DNA of 64,000 nucleotides from a virus (Duplodnaviria; Heunggongvirae; Uroviricota; Caudoviricetes): IMG/VR virus record IMGVR_UViG_3300037067_007156, positions 333,519 to 397,518 of that record; one strand, 5' to 3'. Shown piece by piece: positions 11,941 to 22,263 of this stretch (position 1 is its first letter; each line of letters starts with the position of its first letter). The notes under the pieces were generated by a model. It saw only the letters and a program-made list of their open reading frames with translations, ran no database searches and was not told where the DNA came from. The position numbers and the translations under genes were made by a program.

Positions 11941-12309
11941 TTATTCAGTTTCTATTGGTTCCAATTTTATTGGATTTGAAACATCGCTTTCCACAAATCC
12001 CTCAACTATTGGAATATTCATTTTTTGATTGATGTATTTTAAATATTCGGGAAGTTTTTTCTTGGTGGTTGGGTCGGGAACTCTAACATTTAAATAAGTT
12101 ATTTTTTTAGTATCATCACTTATTATAGTGAAAAATTTAATTCCATTTTTAAATTGAAAATGAAAATTATGGAAAATCTCATCGTTATATCCATTAAATA
12201 TAGAAATCAACGGTTTATCTGAAATTTCAATTTCGGTGTTAAAATCAGTAGCAAACTCCTTGAAAACACTGTTATATTTTCTTTTAATATCGTCTCTTTT
12301 ATTACGCAT
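11941..12309 (-). CDS. Hypothetical protein
   Basis: ORF with its own promoter and a downstream terminator (11912-11938). Confidence 0.6.
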   Translation of the reverse strand: MRNKRDDIKRKYNSVFKEFATDFNTEIEISDKPLISIFNGYNDEIFHNFHFQFKNGIKFFTIISDDTKKITYLNVRVPDPTTKKKLPEYLKYINQKMNIPIVEGFVESDVSNPIKLEPIETE

Positions 12310-12333
12310 TATTAGTTATTTAAAATGAGAGTG

Positions 12334-12365
12334 CAAAGGTAAGCATATTTTAAATAACCACCAAA
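12334..12365 (-). promoter_or_regulatory. Bacteroidota primary-sigma promoter (-33 TTTG / -7 TAnnTTTG)
   Basis: TTTG-N20-TACCTTTG. Same geometry at 61698-61729 (TACATTTG); -7 boxes also near 11880, 14430, 18965, 25045 and 46930. Confidence 0.75.
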
Positions 12366-12386
12366 ACAAATTTAATGTTATTAAAA

Positions 12387-12986
12387 TTAAATTATGTTAT
12401 TAACATGTTGATGTGTTATTGTAGAAATTAATTTGAATTCATCAGATAATATTTTTATTTTAATCTGTCTTAATATATTCTTTTCTATTTGTTTATAAAG
12501 TTTAATATCGAGTTTATGTTTAAGAAGTGTATTTGTCTCGAAAATATATTCACCATCAACTTCATTTATATATTGACGTTTAGCTTCTATTATTATTTGT
12601 GGTAATGAGACTTTTATTTTTAAATCTTGTTTTAATTCAATTTCAACACAGTATAAATCATTATTTAAAAACAAACAATGTTCGATATTATTAATAGTGT
12701 ATCTTATATGTTTGTCATCCCTGTGAGCTTTATCAAATTTAAAAATGTGTAATTTATCTTTTTCAAGGTTGTTAAAAAATTTTTTAGCTGATATGGTTTC
12801 TGAATGGTGAACACATACATCAATATCGTTAACTTGTCTATCTATTATTCCAAGGGCGTTGAGTGAAATACTACCACCATAATAAGCTGGTTCATAATTT
12901 TCTGAGATAAAAATAATTTGTTTTAAAATTTTTTCATCGATATTTTGTAATAAATTATTTTTCATAATAAAATATTTGTTTTTCAA
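12387..12986 (-). CDS. Nucleotidyltransferase-fold protein
   Basis: YYGGSISL...RQVNDIDV (GS + DxD, pol-beta superfamily). Confidence 0.65.
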   Translation of the reverse strand: MKNKYFIMKNNLLQNIDEKILKQIIFISENYEPAYYGGSISLNALGIIDRQVNDIDVCVHHSETISAKKFFNNLEKDKLHIFKFDKAHRDDKHIRYTINNIEHCLFLNNDLYCVEIELKQDLKIKVSLPQIIIEAKRQYINEVDGEYIFETNTLLKHKLDIKLYKQIEKNILRQIKIKILSDEFKLISTITHQHVNNII

Positions 12987-13040
12987 AATTATAAAAAAAC
13001 CCGAATTATTCTTAATTCGGGTTTATTTTATAAGGTATAA

Positions 13041-14342
13041 CTATTTATTTGTATCGTTGTTATTTTCACAATGTTTATAAATAGTTTTAAAATGTTCTTT
13101 AAATCTTGAATCTTTGATGAATTCTTTGATAATTTTAGTATCCTTATCATTACTATCGTCATTTAAACGAAAATGGTCATCCAGAACAAAAATTAAATAA
13201 CCAACCAGTTCATCCTTGGAAACAGTGAGAAGAAAGTTTTTAACATTTTCGCTTTGTTTTTTGTCCCAATCTGGAATTTTGTATTTTTTAAGGCCATTTA
13301 AAATTTCACTGTTTTTGTCCCTGTTAAATTTTTTCAAATCTTCAGCGATTTCGGGGTATCGATTGATAACATCATCAACACCGATTCTAAGTGATTCTTC
13401 ACAGTAACGAATGAATCTTTGAATAGAAGCACCCACGTAACTAATACCAATTGCTTTAACATCTGGTAACCATTCTGTAATATTTGGGAAAATTATTTTC
13501 GGTCTTGCACCTTTAGTAGATTTATCGACAAAATCATCATTTTCATCCACATATAATTGGTTACCATTAGCATCTGTATCGATGGTTGGTGGAAAATTAG
13601 TCAGTATATAATCTGACAAGAATGTCCATGAACGAGGGGTTGCATAAGCTGACATAGCATCTTCTTCTTTCCCACTGTCTTTAGGTTTTTTGTAATAATG
13701 TTCAGCGTTACCTGTCAAAAAACTAACGATAGTTGGATGAACGAATTCGTAAGCGTAACCTTCTTTCCACTCTTGGATAGAAAGGTCGTGTCTCATGTGA
13801 ATAAGGCGGTTATTTAACGCTGCATCATATTCTTCAACATCAGTGCCATCTTCTTCGCCGAGGTTACCAGATGCACACATTAAAACGTTGTTATTAAATT
13901 TGAAATTGTAACCTATTGTTCGTTCAAGGAGTATTTGAAGAGCAGCATTACGAACTGCTAAATTAGCCCTGTTCATTTCTTCAAAGAAAATTATTGATGG
14001 TCTTTGATTAGCTTCGTGTGCCCATAATGGAGGTACATGTTCGATGAATTTACACTCTTCACCATCAATGTTTCTGGTTGTAACAGTAGGATATAATCCA
14101 ACGTCTGTTTCGTCAACCATTGAAAGTCGAATATCATAGAAAGCAAACCCCATTTTATCGGCAATTTCTTTCATGATGGCTGACTTAGCAATACCTGGTT
14201 TCGAACGAATTTCCAACACACCTGACTTAGCTAACATTATTTTGAAATAAGTTAGCTCTTTTTTGTTAAGGTTTTTCATCCTTTTCGAGAGTTCGGACTT
14301 TGTAACATCCGTGAACGTTGATAGTGCATCTTTAATAATCAT
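13041..14342 (-). CDS. MoxR/dynein-related AAA+ ATPase
   Basis: Walker A SKPGIAKS, Walker B FFEEMNRA, AALNNR, TPRSW. Confidence 0.9.
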   Translation of the reverse strand: MIIKDALSTFTDVTKSELSKRMKNLNKKELTYFKIMLAKSGVLEIRSKPGIAKSAIMKEIADKMGFAFYDIRLSMVDETDVGLYPTVTTRNIDGEECKFIEHVPPLWAHEANQRPSIIFFEEMNRANLAVRNAALQILLERTIGYNFKFNNNVLMCASGNLGEEDGTDVEEYDAALNNRLIHMRHDLSIQEWKEGYAYEFVHPTIVSFLTGNAEHYYKKPKDSGKEEDAMSAYATPRSWTFLSDYILTNFPPTIDTDANGNQLYVDENDDFVDKSTKGARPKIIFPNITEWLPDVKAIGISYVGASIQRFIRYCEESLRIGVDDVINRYPEIAEDLKKFNRDKNSEILNGLKKYKIPDWDKKQSENVKNFLLTVSKDELVGYLIFVLDDHFRLNDDSNDKDTKIIKEFIKDSRFKEHFKTIYKHCENNNDTNK

Positions 14343-14479
14343 AATTATTTTATGTTTAATTGATTTTTAAATAACAAATTAACATTTATATTGAATAAAA
14401 AATATGTATTTAAATTTTCTTATATCATTACAAATATAAAGTAAATAATATTTATTTATTCATAAAAATAAAAAATTTT

Positions 14480-14878
14480 TTAATTATTTTTAATGAATAA
14501 ATTATATTCTTTTAATTCTTCTTCAGTAGCTGTTTCGACACTTACAAGAGCATCATCGCTTTTAGCCGTTTGTTCAATAACCTCTTTATTTAATTCTGTT
14601 TTAGTGGTGTTAATATCACTATAATCATTATTTTTTGCTTCTTTTATATCAGTTTTTATTATCTGAAACCCTTCTTTAACTTCTTGTTTAACACCACTGT
14701 TAAAGACACCCTTGAATAATTTCGGGATACCTTTGAATATTATTTGACTAAACATATTAGTTGTAGTTCCTTTTTTCTGGTTATTAGTTTCGTCATACCG
14801 ATTGAATATCAGTATTAGTGCTGCAATAATCATAAGTATGGTTATCAGCTTGCTTAAACTTTTTCCTAAATCTTCCAT
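14480..14878 (-). CDS. Hypothetical membrane-anchored protein
   Basis: N-terminal hydrophobic helix. Confidence 0.55.
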   Translation of the reverse strand: MEDLGKSLSKLITILMIIAALILIFNRYDETNNQKKGTTTNMFSQIIFKGIPKLFKGVFNSGVKQEVKEGFQIIKTDIKEAKNNDYSDINTTKTELNKEVIEQTAKSDDALVSVETATEEELKEYNLFIKNN

Positions 14879-14883
14879 ACGAT

Positions 14884-15360
14884 TTATTTATTAAGTGATA
14901 AACTATATGCTGTTAATCTCGTTAATCCATAAATGTTTGCACCATTTAAAAGATTAATAATTACATTTGCCGAATTGTTGTTTACATTATTCATCGACAA
15001 ATAAAGAGCGTTATCATAAAAAATATTGGTCGCTGAAGCACTTATCATTTGAAACGAATAGGGTTTTTCTTTTAGAAATTTATTCGATTCATTTATAATA
15101 GTATCATCAGTAATATAATTTATTCCAGTATGTTTAATATGTGCTAATAGTTTATAAATACCATTTTTATAAGCACCATTTAACATTTTAATGATAGAAA
15201 TAGTTGAGGTTTCAGTTACACCAGTGAGTGTTCCTATCGAGACACCGTCATAAGTAATTTTTGCTGATAATAAATCAACCATCTTATATGAATATGGTTT
15301 TTCTTCCATGAAATATTTTGATGCTGTTAAAATTTCATCAACTTCGATTAAATCTTCCAT
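14884..15360 (-). CDS. Hypothetical protein built from two internal repeats
   Basis: EEKPYSYKM...ITYDG...IIKMLNGA and KEKPYSFQM...IFYDN...IINLLNGA. Confidence 0.65.
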   Translation of the reverse strand: MEDLIEVDEILTASKYFMEEKPYSYKMVDLLSAKITYDGVSIGTLTGVTETSTISIIKMLNGAYKNGIYKLLAHIKHTGINYITDDTIINESNKFLKEKPYSFQMISASATNIFYDNALYLSMNNVNNNSANVIINLLNGANIYGLTRLTAYSLSLNK

Positions 15361-15466
15361 ACGATTTATTTTTAATTTATATTCAAAAATACAAGGTATA
15401 TATGAATAAAAAAAATCCGAAGCTATAAAAAGTTCGGATTTTTAAATAATATTTATTAAGTTATTT

Positions 15467-17173
15467 TTAACTTTTATCTTTTTCGATTATAATCTGTTTT
15501 ACACGACCGTTATTATATTCGATAGGACATTCAGAAGATGTTGATAATATCAAAGTCTTACCTTTTACACCTTGAAAATTTAAACTATCGGTACAACCGT
15601 CAGTCAGTATAATAGTGTTATATTTATTAAGACTATTTTTTTTGTCAGTGATGTAATCCAGACCTGGTTGAATAACTGTTCCTCCAAGTCCTTTGATTTT
15701 CATTTTTTCAAGTTCTTTTTTATTTTTTATAACTACAACATCCTGAATACGTGTATCAACTTGGATTAAATTGATGTTGACATCATTTTGGAAAATATAT
15801 GATAGAACTTTTTCAAAATCATTACTCATAGAACCCGATGTATCCAGTATAGCATTAATACAATTTTGATATTTTTTCTTACCTTTTAAACCTTGAATAC
15901 AACGTCTGTTCGGTCTGGTTATAGTTTTTTCTTTAATCGAACCAAATATTTCATTAGTAATAACTCTTTTAATTTTTTTGAGATAATCTTTTCTTGATTT
16001 TCTCAATTTTTGAAGTATAGATTCCATTTCACCAGTTTCGAGGCCACGACTTTTAAGATTTTCCATTATATCTCGGACTATTTCTTTTCTAAGTTCTTCT
16101 GGAACATCATCGGTTAAATGTCTGTCCAATGTTTCACCCTTAGAATTTTCGAGGTTTTCAAATATTTTATCAAGATGACTCATATCAAGGTCATTCTGAC
16201 CATAATTGCCATAATCGGGTTCATCACCATTTTCACCACAACCATTTGCTTTATTTCCTTTACCATTCTGGTTATCTTGTTGACCATCATCACCACCCCC
16301 TTCACTATTGTCGTCTTGCTGGTCACTACCACCTTGACCTTCTCCGTTCGGTTGACCTTCACCGTTAGGGTCTTTTTGTTTATTTCCTTGACCTTGGTCT
16401 TGTTTTTGACCATTTTTATCGGGGTTATTACCTTGGCCTTGACTTTTATTTTTTTGTTGTTGATTGCCTTGTTTTTTTTGACGATTTTTATATTTTTGAA
16501 GTTCTTCAAGTAACCATTCATATAATTCTTCAAATACAAGTTGACCTTTGTATATTTTAGGTACAAACATTGCAGTATGACGACCGAAATTTGGGTTTTT
16601 TATTTGTTTACCTTTTTTATCCAAAACAAATGTGCCATCTGGAAGTTTTAAAAATTCGTCATGACTTTTTGGAATTTCCATGAACCCCTTCAAAGAAGTT
16701 GATTGCATGATATCATCATATATTATTTGATTGATAATCATATCTTGGGCTACATTTGATAATTTTTGGTCATAACCGATTGTTCTTTTAATGTGGTCGA
16801 ACAGTAAATGACAATCTTCATGTATATGTATGAAATTAGCTTCTTTTTGGTCTAAAGAATCTACAAAAGCCCTGTCCCAATAAAAATGCATACCAGTACT
16901 GGTAACGTTTACACCACAAGTGCCTATGGTAGCTTCATGATAATTCACGAATAAATTAAATTCACCATAGTATGGTAAATTACCAGTAGAAAGCATTTCA
17001 ACATTAGCATCTTCAAATTTTTTGTGAATAGTATTACGTTTGACAATCTTTTGTTGGCCAGTAATAGTATTAATGATATCTGAAACTACTTTAGATATTT
17101 TTGCCTTAGAAGATTCGTCATCTATTTTTACAGGTGATAAATCTTGTTCGTTATTATTTAATTCTTCAATCAT
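15467..17173 (-). CDS. Metallopeptidase-like + VWA protein (DUF2201-type MoxR partner)
   Basis: HEDCH..FDH, N.AQD..IN, low-complexity G/Q/N linker, MIDAS DTSGSM, GGT, TDG. Confidence 0.88.
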   Translation of the reverse strand: MIEELNNNEQDLSPVKIDDESSKAKISKVVSDIINTITGQQKIVKRNTIHKKFEDANVEMLSTGNLPYYGEFNLFVNYHEATIGTCGVNVTSTGMHFYWDRAFVDSLDQKEANFIHIHEDCHLLFDHIKRTIGYDQKLSNVAQDMIINQIIYDDIMQSTSLKGFMEIPKSHDEFLKLPDGTFVLDKKGKQIKNPNFGRHTAMFVPKIYKGQLVFEELYEWLLEELQKYKNRQKKQGNQQQKNKSQGQGNNPDKNGQKQDQGQGNKQKDPNGEGQPNGEGQGGSDQQDDNSEGGGDDGQQDNQNGKGNKANGCGENGDEPDYGNYGQNDLDMSHLDKIFENLENSKGETLDRHLTDDVPEELRKEIVRDIMENLKSRGLETGEMESILQKLRKSRKDYLKKIKRVITNEIFGSIKEKTITRPNRRCIQGLKGKKKYQNCINAILDTSGSMSNDFEKVLSYIFQNDVNINLIQVDTRIQDVVVIKNKKELEKMKIKGLGGTVIQPGLDYITDKKNSLNKYNTIILTDGCTDSLNFQGVKGKTLILSTSSECPIEYNNGRVKQIIIEKDKS

Positions 17174-17275
17174 TTTTATTGTTTATTATTCAACTTCAAA
17201 AATATTCATAATTTATTATAAAAAAAAATTAAACATCATCATTTAATATATTTTTTATTTTTATTTGTCTTTCAT

Positions 17276-18820
17276 TTTATTTTTTTCGACAAGGAAACCC
17301 ACAAATCTTTAGTTTGTGGAAGGAATTGCCGCTGTTTTTTAATTCCAAACAAAACTTCCATAATTATAAATCTTAGTTATATCTTTTGTTTTTATATAAT
17401 TTTTCTTTTCTTCGGTTTCAAAAGTAATATAAACACCTTTATTTTTCATACCTTTTGATATATATTTTGTTTTACCTACCCACACTAAATCTTTTGGTTG
17501 TATTTTATATCTCTCTTTTCTTACTGAAGGTCTAAAACCTTTTCTATTCAGTTGTATTGCTCTGTTATTTCTATGTTTTTGTTTAATGATTATTGGTTTT
17601 GACCTTTTTTGAATATTACCACCTGAGATAATAAAAGCATCATTATAATGAGATTTTTCAATATTTAATTTATTCCTGTTTATAAATGTAATATAACCAT
17701 ATGTTATTTTTAAATTCGGTATGTCATTCCAAAACTTTTTATTTATAACCGACATAAACGTATTTGGTTTATAATTTTTTGTGTTTGATTTTAATTTAGA
17801 TTCCAAATGCTTCTCATGCAAAGTATTATGACATTTTTCATGTAACAAAGCCAAATTAGATGTTTTATCAGTTCCACCCTTAGATTTAGGTTTAATATGA
17901 TGTATATGAGCTGATTGACCTTTAAAATCTTTTGAACAAAATTGACAACAACCTTTTTCTCTTACCATTAAATATAATTTAATATTTTGATAATCATACA
18001 TATCACCTCTCTGATATTCAACACCTTCTATATCTGGTCTATCAATTTTTTGTATGTCAAATTTTGCTGTTTCTATAACTATCTCTGTTATAGGCAATAA
18101 ACATTTTATTTTATTTATTAGATTTAAATGTGTTTGATATCTTCTTTCTATGCTCGGTGGTAACCATCCATCACTACGTTTTCTGTTATTAAATCTTGAT
18201 TTTCGATACCAGTGATGACGACTTCTACGAAGTCGTCTGTACATTTTTTTTTCATCCAGTCTCTCTTTCGTTTTTCCATCTAATTTAAGTGTTCCACATA
18301 ATAATTCTTTTGTTTTTGTTGTGGCTGAAAATCCTATAAAACCATACCCAGAATCAATTCCTAAACTAATTGGTTGAGTGTTATTCTCACACTCAACAGT
18401 CATCTGAATTGTAAAAGGATACACTTTAATAACCTTTGCTTTACCACTTTTAATAAATTTCCTTGCTCTTGATGCTTTAGTTGGCATTAAAATCTGTCCT
18501 TCCAAACTTAATACGAACACATATGTCGGTAAGACCTGTCTGTTCTTTGTTTGACGTAAATTCACATCGGTGTTGTTTAAAGTCAGTTTGGTGTCAAAAC
18601 CTACGGCTTTACACCCAACCACAGCACTAAGTCTTTCAACTTTGTTTAACTGTGAATTTGTAGAGCAAGAAACTTGTGAAGCATTTCTTGGTACGTTCTT
18701 TAACTTTACTTTAAACTTCTGCATAAAAAATATTAATTATTAATTTTTAAGCCACCTAACCAACACTTACCTCGCACCTCACGGTGCAAACCCTTAGTCT
18801 TTAGCTAAGAGGTTGTTGAT
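17276..18820 (-). mobile_element. IscB (IS200/IS605 superfamily) element
   Basis: End hairpin CCACAAATCTTTAGTTTGTGG (~17299-17319) and omegaRNA start hairpin at 18790-18820. Removal restores an in-frame ORF. Confidence 0.85.
17339..18724 (-). CDS. iscB: IscB RNA-guided endonuclease (intact)
   Basis: PLMP-type ILMPT, RuvC-I GIDSG, Arg-rich bridge helix, RuvC-II IETAKFD, HNH CQFC..HIHH..GGTDKTSNL..CH, RuvC-III SHYNDA. Confidence 0.95.
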   Translation of the reverse strand: MQKFKVKLKNVPRNASQVSCSTNSQLNKVERLSAVVGCKAVGFDTKLTLNNTDVNLRQTKNRQVLPTYVFVLSLEGQILMPTKASRARKFIKSGKAKVIKVYPFTIQMTVECENNTQPISLGIDSGYGFIGFSATTKTKELLCGTLKLDGKTKERLDEKKMYRRLRRSRHHWYRKSRFNNRKRSDGWLPPSIERRYQTHLNLINKIKCLLPITEIVIETAKFDIQKIDRPDIEGVEYQRGDMYDYQNIKLYLMVREKGCCQFCSKDFKGQSAHIHHIKPKSKGGTDKTSNLALLHEKCHNTLHEKHLESKLKSNTKNYKPNTFMSVINKKFWNDIPNLKITYGYITFINRNKLNIEKSHYNDAFIISGGNIQKRSKPIIIKQKHRNNRAIQLNRKGFRPSVRKERYKIQPKDLVWVGKTKYISKGMKNKGVYITFETEEKKNYIKTKDITKIYNYGSFVWN

Positions 18821-18840
18821 TTAACTCATCGTCTGTTCGA
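18545..18840 (-). ncRNA. IscB omegaRNA (HEARO-like); guide ~TCGAACAGACGATGAGTTAA (18840-18821)
   Basis: Scaffold starts ATCAACAACCTCTTAGCTAAAGACTAAGGG, then GCAGAAG, GTACCAAGAAATGCTTCACAAGTTTCTTGCTCTAC, TTAAAC and a TTCACA/TGTGAA pseudoknot pair. Confidence 0.8.
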
Positions 18841-19005
18841 GTGTTATATATCCAACTATTCACTAATGTAGAATACATCTCTTTAAAAAGAGGTAGTTCC
18901 ATTATCTCGGTATTTTCTTCCTTTATTTGTTGTATTTTATCCGACATAGTAATATATTTTTTACAAATATAATTTAAAAATATAACTAAAAAAATTAACT
19001 ATGAA

Positions 19006-19866
19006 TTATGCCTTTAATTTAAAAATAAAAAATTCCTTTTCTTTTCTTATAGATTCGGTGAATTCTGGCATCTGTAACCAATATAAATCACCTCGTTTAT
19101 TCCTGTTCCAAATTGTATCTGAATCAATCAAAAGTTTTTCTTCCTGATAAGAAAACTCTTGACCTTCTAATTCTCTTTTCTCGACATTATGTTCAGATGT
19201 TTGCATGACAATAGAATGGTCAGTACAATATATTTTTAAATCACTTTTATAAGAAAGATATTGTAACCATACATCTGCTGGCATCCGAATTGGTATTGTA
19301 TTTTCCATTAAATATTCAGCAGCTTTTCTCCTTACTATGTAAGCGTGTGCACCCCACAATTTAAACGGTGCTGTTGCTATTTCTCGTTCATCAATGGGTT
19401 TATTTACCCAACTTTCATCTGTTTTTATTAAATGGTCAGTAATATGTTCACCGTTAATATGAGTTTTATTTTTACCCAAGAATAAAATATCCCAGTCTGA
19501 AGAAAATATTTCTTTTTTAATGCTTTCATAATATCTTGGTGCGTTAAAAATAGTATTTATTACAAAATCGTCTTCGAATATCAATGCCATTTCAACATCG
19601 TCCTGTATCATTTTCAAATATGCGTTGTAATGTGATAATGCACACCCATAGACACCCATAGAAAGATGATGACCATCTGGTGAGAAAAATTCTTCATTGA
19701 TAACTTTTTTTTCCAATAACTTTTTTAAATTTAAAGAATCACCATCTACACCTTTTATTATTTCAAATGTGAAATCATATTTCAATGATTGTAAAACACA
19801 TTCGTTCAGACGGTCTGCACGTTTTTCTAAATTTAAAAGATATATGTTATCTATTTCTTTGAACAT
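19006..19866 (-). CDS. Glycosyltransferase family 25
   Basis: YLLNL..R..R, GVDG, GCALSH, IFEDD, GAHAY, PAD motifs. Confidence 0.9.
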   Translation of the reverse strand: MFKEIDNIYLLNLEKRADRLNECVLQSLKYDFTFEIIKGVDGDSLNLKKLLEKKVINEEFFSPDGHHLSMGVYGCALSHYNAYLKMIQDDVEMALIFEDDFVINTIFNAPRYYESIKKEIFSSDWDILFLGKNKTHINGEHITDHLIKTDESWVNKPIDEREIATAPFKLWGAHAYIVRRKAAEYLMENTIPIRMPADVWLQYLSYKSDLKIYCTDHSIVMQTSEHNVEKRELEGQEFSYQEEKLLIDSDTIWNRNKRGDLYWLQMPEFTESIRKEKEFFIFKLKA

Positions 19867-20161
19867 GAAAACATTTTATTTAAATCCTAATTCAGACAGT
19901 ATACTATCTTGTGTAGGATTATTATATGAACGGTTATCGACCCAAGATTTAGCTATATTTTCCATATCGGATAAGGTTTTTAACAACAAACTATCTTCAA
20001 CTTCTTGTTTATTATAATAATTGGTAACACCCACATCATTTATAATAACATTATGCCATCTTTTACCGTTGGGCGACTTTTCAATTCTTGTATTTAATTC
20101 AACTTTAATGTTGAATTTATATCCACGATATTCAAATATTTTATTTATTTCGTTCATGTTC

Positions 20162-20914
20162 TTACTTATTTGATTTTTTCTTAGATTCATAAAAATATTT
20201 TATTTCCCATGAACCATCTTTATTTTCAACCAATGCACTTAAAGTTTCCACCCAGTCCCCACAATTCATATAGATTATGTCACCTATATTATAAATACCA
20301 GCTTTATGTGTGTGACCACATATAATACCATCACATTTTTTGTGGTGAGCAAATTTTATAGCTTTATTTTCAAATTTACTAATTATTTTAACCAGATTTT
20401 TTACTTTATTTTTGATATCTTGTGATATAGAATGATATGGTTTACCACTCTTCATTCTTTGTTTATTATACCATTTATTATAAGTTAATAATAAATTATA
20501 TCCAATATCACCTAATTTAGATAACCAGATAACTTTTGATGTTATGTCATCAAAAACATCACCGTGTAAAACCAAGAATTTTTTATCACCAGATTCTAAT
20601 ATTATTTCTTTTTTTATTTCGAAAGTACCAATATTAAAAGGTAATACTTCATCAAGAAAATCATCATGGTTTCCACGTATATATGTAACTTTTGTTTTGT
20701 TATGTGATACGAGTTTTAAAATAGTAGAGAAGAAATTTGTATATTTCTTTTTCCATTTGCCTCTTCTTTTTAAATTCCATGCATCGATAATATCACCGTT
20801 TAAAATTAATGTGTCACATTTATTATTTGTTAAAAATTTTATGACTTCATTAACTTTAGATTCTTTCATCCCCAAATGGACATCGGAAATTATAATTGTT
20901 TTGTATTTGCTCAT
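20162..20914 (-). CDS. Calcineurin-like metallophosphoesterase (LpxH-like)
   Basis: SDVHLG, NGDIID, GNHD, HGD, CGHTH, N.GDW motifs. Confidence 0.9.
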   Translation of the reverse strand: MSKYKTIIISDVHLGMKESKVNEVIKFLTNNKCDTLILNGDIIDAWNLKRRGKWKKKYTNFFSTILKLVSHNKTKVTYIRGNHDDFLDEVLPFNIGTFEIKKEIILESGDKKFLVLHGDVFDDITSKVIWLSKLGDIGYNLLLTYNKWYNKQRMKSGKPYHSISQDIKNKVKNLVKIISKFENKAIKFAHHKKCDGIICGHTHKAGIYNIGDIIYMNCGDWVETLSALVENKDGSWEIKYFYESKKKSNK

Positions 20915-21388
20915 TGTTTCTTAAATATCTTCGTATTAATTCTTACAAATGTGGCATCGTATGTGGGTTTAGAATATTTATCAATACCAGCATTCCAATC
21001 TTTAATCCAAACTTCATCGTCAACTATAATAATTTTTTCACCAATGTTAGAATTAATTGTTCTACCATTTTCTGAGAATGTTAACGGACTAACAAAATTC
21101 TCGATTATTTCATAAATCTCGAAATTTTTACTTTGTACCATGTTTTAGATTTTTTATTGCAGTTATTAACTCATCACAAGCGTCATTGAATTCACCATCT
21201 TTTTCCCCAGATAATACGTGTCTCATTTTAAGTTCTATATTCCACATTATCTCACCACCTAATCTTCTTTTTAGTTCATTAAGAACTTTATTTGCGATAT
21301 TTTCACTATGAACACATCTACCATTAGCTTTTAATATTTCTAAGAGTTTAATAGTATCAATTTCTTTCAATTGGGTTGGAATCATAGT

Positions 21389-22252
21389 TTAATAGTTACA
21401 ATTATCTTTTCTTAAATCAAAATGTGAACTATATCGGGTATATGATGTTGTAGAATCGGGTGTTATAACTTTATCTGATTGTGCCCAAAAATCTAAATCA
21501 TTGGCTAATTTTGTTACATACACCCTATTATTATCATTGTCAATAAGTGTTACCTTAGAATAATTATTTTTCTTTTCAACTTGTATGGTTAGAGTTGAAT
21601 CCCCGATGGAGAAAAATGCAGTATCAAGATTTACATATACAGAGTCATACATACCATAAACACCTATTATTTCAATAAAACCTTGCAAACTATCCACTTT
21701 ATTTATTAATTCACTATTAGTAACTATTAGGTTTTCTTTAGATGTTAAACATTCTGTATTACTTGTTGTTAATTGATTATTTACAACCTTTAACTGGTTA
21801 GCAAGTATTAAAGTTGAATTATAATCATTTGTCAATTTTATATTAGCTGTTGTTAATTCTGTATTAGTGGCTAATAAATTATTATAATTGTTTGTTAATT
21901 GTAAATTAGAGGCTGATAATTGGTCTTTTTCGGTTTCTAATTGAGTATTAGTCATCAAAAGTTCATTATTTCTTGTTGTTAATGAATTCACACTTGATGT
22001 TAGTTGTTGAGAAATTGATAATAAAGAATCAGACTTGTTGGTACAATTTAAAAGTTGTGTATTGTGTACAGAAGTAATACTATCAAGTTTTATTTCATAT
22101 GATGCAATAACACTATTTAGTTTGTCAACATCAGCTTTTTTTACACTATCAAGATATTCTTTTGTATATCCACATAAATCACAATCTTGACAATTACACG
22201 CAACCATTAACATAGATGTAGTAATAATTAAAAATAATTTTTTCGTTTTCAT
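21389..22252 (-). CDS. Putative lipoprotein with long coiled coil
   Basis: MKTKK + hydrophobic stretch + lipobox MVAC; L-T-x-x-N heptads. Confidence 0.65.
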   Translation of the reverse strand: MKTKKLFLIITTSMLMVACNCQDCDLCGYTKEYLDSVKKADVDKLNSVIASYEIKLDSITSVHNTQLLNCTNKSDSLLSISQQLTSSVNSLTTRNNELLMTNTQLETEKDQLSASNLQLTNNYNNLLATNTELTTANIKLTNDYNSTLILANQLKVVNNQLTTSNTECLTSKENLIVTNSELINKVDSLQGFIEIIGVYGMYDSVYVNLDTAFFSIGDSTLTIQVEKKNNYSKVTLIDNDNNRVYVTKLANDLDFWAQSDKVITPDSTTSYTRYSSHFDLRKDNCNY

Positions 22253-22263
22253 TTTGTTTTTAT

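Larger units (their letters stand above)
17229..18947 (-). pseudogene. 57-aa phage ORF split by the IscB element (18947-18821 + 17275-17229)
   Basis: MSDKIQQ...RTDDEL joins in frame to NERQIKIKNILNDDV*. Confidence 0.7.

Noticed and set aside
16200-16490. G/Q/N-rich repetitive stretch
   Set aside because: Ordinary low-complexity linker of DUF2201-type VWA proteins.
21700-22060. Periodic sequence in the lipoprotein gene
   Set aside because: Coiled-coil heptads, not a DNA repeat array.
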